Position numbers and translations under genes: made by a program. From Eledone cirrhosa (taxonomy: Eukaryota), in assembly GCA_964016885.1 (NCBI GenBank), contig OZ024744.1, forward strand, positions 32,178,001 through 32,242,000: a DNA stretch of 64,000 nt, read 5' to 3'. Under the pieces are notes generated by a model, which did not search any database, was not told the DNA's origin, and worked only from the letters and a program-made list of their open reading frames with translations. Positions within the stretch are counted from its first letter, which is position 1. Each line of letters opens with the position of its first letter. This document shows positions 61,701 to 64,000 of this stretch, piece after piece.

Positions 61701-64000
61701 GATACTATGCACATCTGGTTAGAATGCATCAGGACATCAGAGAGTCATACCAGGTAGAGCTGCTTCTTCCCCGAATTGAGAGATCACAGATCCGAAACTG
61801 TGGGCATGTGGTTAGAATGTCTCAGGAGATCAGAGAGTCACACCAGGTAGAGCTGCTACTATTCCGAATTGAGAGATCACAGCTCTGATACTATGGACAT
61901 GTTGTTAGAATGTCTCAGGAGATCAGAGAGTCACTCCAGGTTGAGCTGCGACTTCTCCGAATTGAGAGATCACAGCTCAGATACAATGGACATCTGGTTA
62001 GAATGTCTCAGGAGATCAGAGAGTCAGTTCAGGTAGAGTTGATACTTCTCTAAATTGAGAGATCACAGCTCCAATACTATGGACATGTGGTTAGAATATC
62101 TCAGGAGATCAGAGAGTCAGTTCAGGTTGAGCTGCTACTTCTCTGAATTGAGAGATCACAGCTCCTCTAATATGGACATCTGGTTACAATGTCTCAGGAG
62201 TTCAGAGAGTCACTCCAGTTAGAGCTGCTACTTCTCCGAATAAAGAGATCACAGCTCCGATACTATGGACATCTGGTTACAATGTCTGAGGAGATCAGAG
62301 AATCACTCCAGGTAGAGCTGCTACTTCTCCGAATTAAGAGATCACAGATCCGTTACTATGCACATGTGGTTAGAATGTCTCAGGAGGTTAGAGAGTCAAT
62401 TCAGGGAGAGTTGCTACTTCCCCGAATTGAGAGATCACAGATCCGTTACTATGGACATGTGGTTAGAATGTCTCAGGAGGTTAGAGAGTCAATTCAGGGA
62501 GAGTTGCTACTTCCCCGAATTGAGAGATCACAGATCCGTTACTATGGACATGTGGTTAGAATGTCTCAGGAGATCAGAGAGTCACTTCATGTAGAGCTGA
62601 AACTTTTCTGAATTGAGAGATCACAGCTCCGATGCTATGGACATCTGGTTAGAATGTCTCGGGAGATCAGAGCGTCACTCCAGGTAAAGCTACTACTTCC
62701 TCGATTTGAGAGATCACAGATCCGATACTATGGACATGTGGTTAGAATGTCTTAGGTGATCAGAGAGTCACTCCACGTAGAGCTGCTACTTCTCCAAATT
62801 GAGAGACCACAGCTCTGATACTCGGGACATGGGGTTAGAATCTCTCTGGAGATCAGAGAGTCACTTCAGTTAGAGCTGCTACTTCTCTGAATTGAGAGAT
62901 CACATCTCTGTTACTATGGACATGAGGTTAGAATGTCTCAGGAGATCAGAGAATCACTCCAGGTAGAGCACCTACTTCTCCGAATAAAGAGATCACAGCT
63001 CTGATTCTATGGACATGTGGTTGGAATATCTGTGAGCTGCTATTTCCCCGAATTGAAAGATCACAGCTCTGATACTATGCACATGGGGTTAGAATGTCTC
63101 AGGAGATCAGAGAGTCACTCCAGGTTGAGCTGCTACTGCTCCGAATTGAGAGCTCACAGCTCCGATACTATGGACATGTGGTTAGAATGTCTCAAGAGAT
63201 CAGAAAGTCACTTCAGTTAGAGCTGCTACTTCTCTGAATTGAGAGATCACATCTCTGTTACTATGGACATCTGGTTAGAATGTCTCGGGAGATCAGAGCA
63301 TCATTCCAGGTTGAGCTGCTACTGTTCCGAATTGAAAGCTCACAGCTCTGATACTATGGACATGTGGTTAGTATTTCTCAGGAGATCAGAGAGTCACTCC
63401 AGGTAGAGCTGCTACTTCTCTGAATTGAGAGATCACATCTCTGTTACTATGGACATCTGGTTAGAATGTCTCAGGAGATCAGAGAGTCACTCAAGGTAGA
63501 GCTGCTACTTCTCCGAATTTAAAGATCAGAGCTCTGATACTATGGACATGTGGTTAGAATATCTCAGGAGATCAGAGAGTCACCCCAGGTAGATCTGCTA
63601 CTTCTCAGATTTGAGAGATCACAGATCCAATACTATAGACATCTGGTTAGAATGGCTAAGGAGATCAGAGAGTCACTTTAGGTACAGCTGCTATTTCCTC
63701 GAATTGAAAGATCACAGCTCTGATACTATGCACGTGGGGTTAGAATGTCTCAGGAGATCAGAGAGTCACTTCAGGTTGAGCTGCTACTCTCTGAATTGAG
63801 AGATCACAGCTCCGATACTATGGACATCTGGTTAGAATGTCTCAGGAGATCAGAGAGTCACTCCAGGTAGAGCTACTACTTCCTAAAATTGAGAGATCAC
63901 AGATCCGATACTATGGACATGTGGTTAGAATGTCGCAGGAGATCAGAGAGTCAATCCAGTTTGAGCTGCTACTACTCCGAATTGAGAGATCACAGATCCG

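Larger units (their letters stand above)
19676..64000 (+). repeat. 93-bp satellite array (~476 monomers, continues past the window), derived from RTE LINE coding sequence
   Basis: Consensus atcagagagtcactccaggtagagctgctacttctccgaattgagagatcacagatccgatactatggacatgtggttagaatgtctcaggag = IRESLQVELLLLRIERSQIRYYGHVVRMSQE. All monomers are head-to-tail in one orientation and I saw no foreign insertion. Confidence 0.98.

Noticed and set aside
19757-63799. Dozens of repetitive ORFs (MSQEIRESLQVELLL... and MRDHRSDTMD...) as a repeat-protein gene family
   Set aside because: They arise because the 93-bp unit is a multiple of three. Stops and frameshifts are frequent and are themselves amplified, and there is no unique N- or C-terminus.
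19676-64000. CRISPR-like or cassette array
   Set aside because: There are no unique spacers: the whole unit repeats with scattered point variants. The context is eukaryotic LINE DNA with no cas genes.
19676-64000. In-frame TGA as selenocysteine or readthrough recoding
   Set aside because: The TGAs sit mainly at CGA (CpG) sites and coexist with TAA/TAG stops and frameshifts, which fits mutational decay.
19676-64000. CAG|GTAGAG in every monomer as recursive splice sites
   Set aside because: Inherited from the RTE codons (QVE), with a weak donor and no real polypyrimidine tract.

Overview
Gene-free, repeat-only eukaryotic DNA. It is probably from an octopus or another coleoid, inferred from a tRNA-derived SINE I recognise from memory. 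(1) Bases 1-4.1 kb are a pile-up of non-LTR retrotransposon fragments nested in (TAA)n tracts: two pieces of L1/Tx1-like elements, two R4/Dong-like restriction-endonuclease-type LINE fragments and a SINE. (2) Bases 4.6-16.4 kb hold three head-to-tail copies of one Tx1-clade LINE inside a (TATC)n microsatellite: a ~73-bp 3' stub, a full-length copy with both ORFs open, and a decayed full-length copy. (3) Bases 16.8-19.7 kb hold two divergently oriented, decayed RTE-clade (Expander/Rex3-like) LINE fragments around GGT-rich and ACC-rich tracts. (4) From ~19.68 kb to the window end is a >44-kb satellite of ~476 copies of a 93-bp monomer. The monomer is exactly 31 codons of the RTE ORF C-terminal region. 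The array continues colinearly from the plus-strand RTE fragment, and an unamplified single homologue with intact flanks lies at 16872-16964 on the minus strand, so this looks like the birthplace of a LINE-derived satellite. The array shows higher-order duplications of 1 to 59 monomers, including a near-perfect 4092-bp (44-mer) tandem duplication. All alignments and counts were made by eye; no searches were run.
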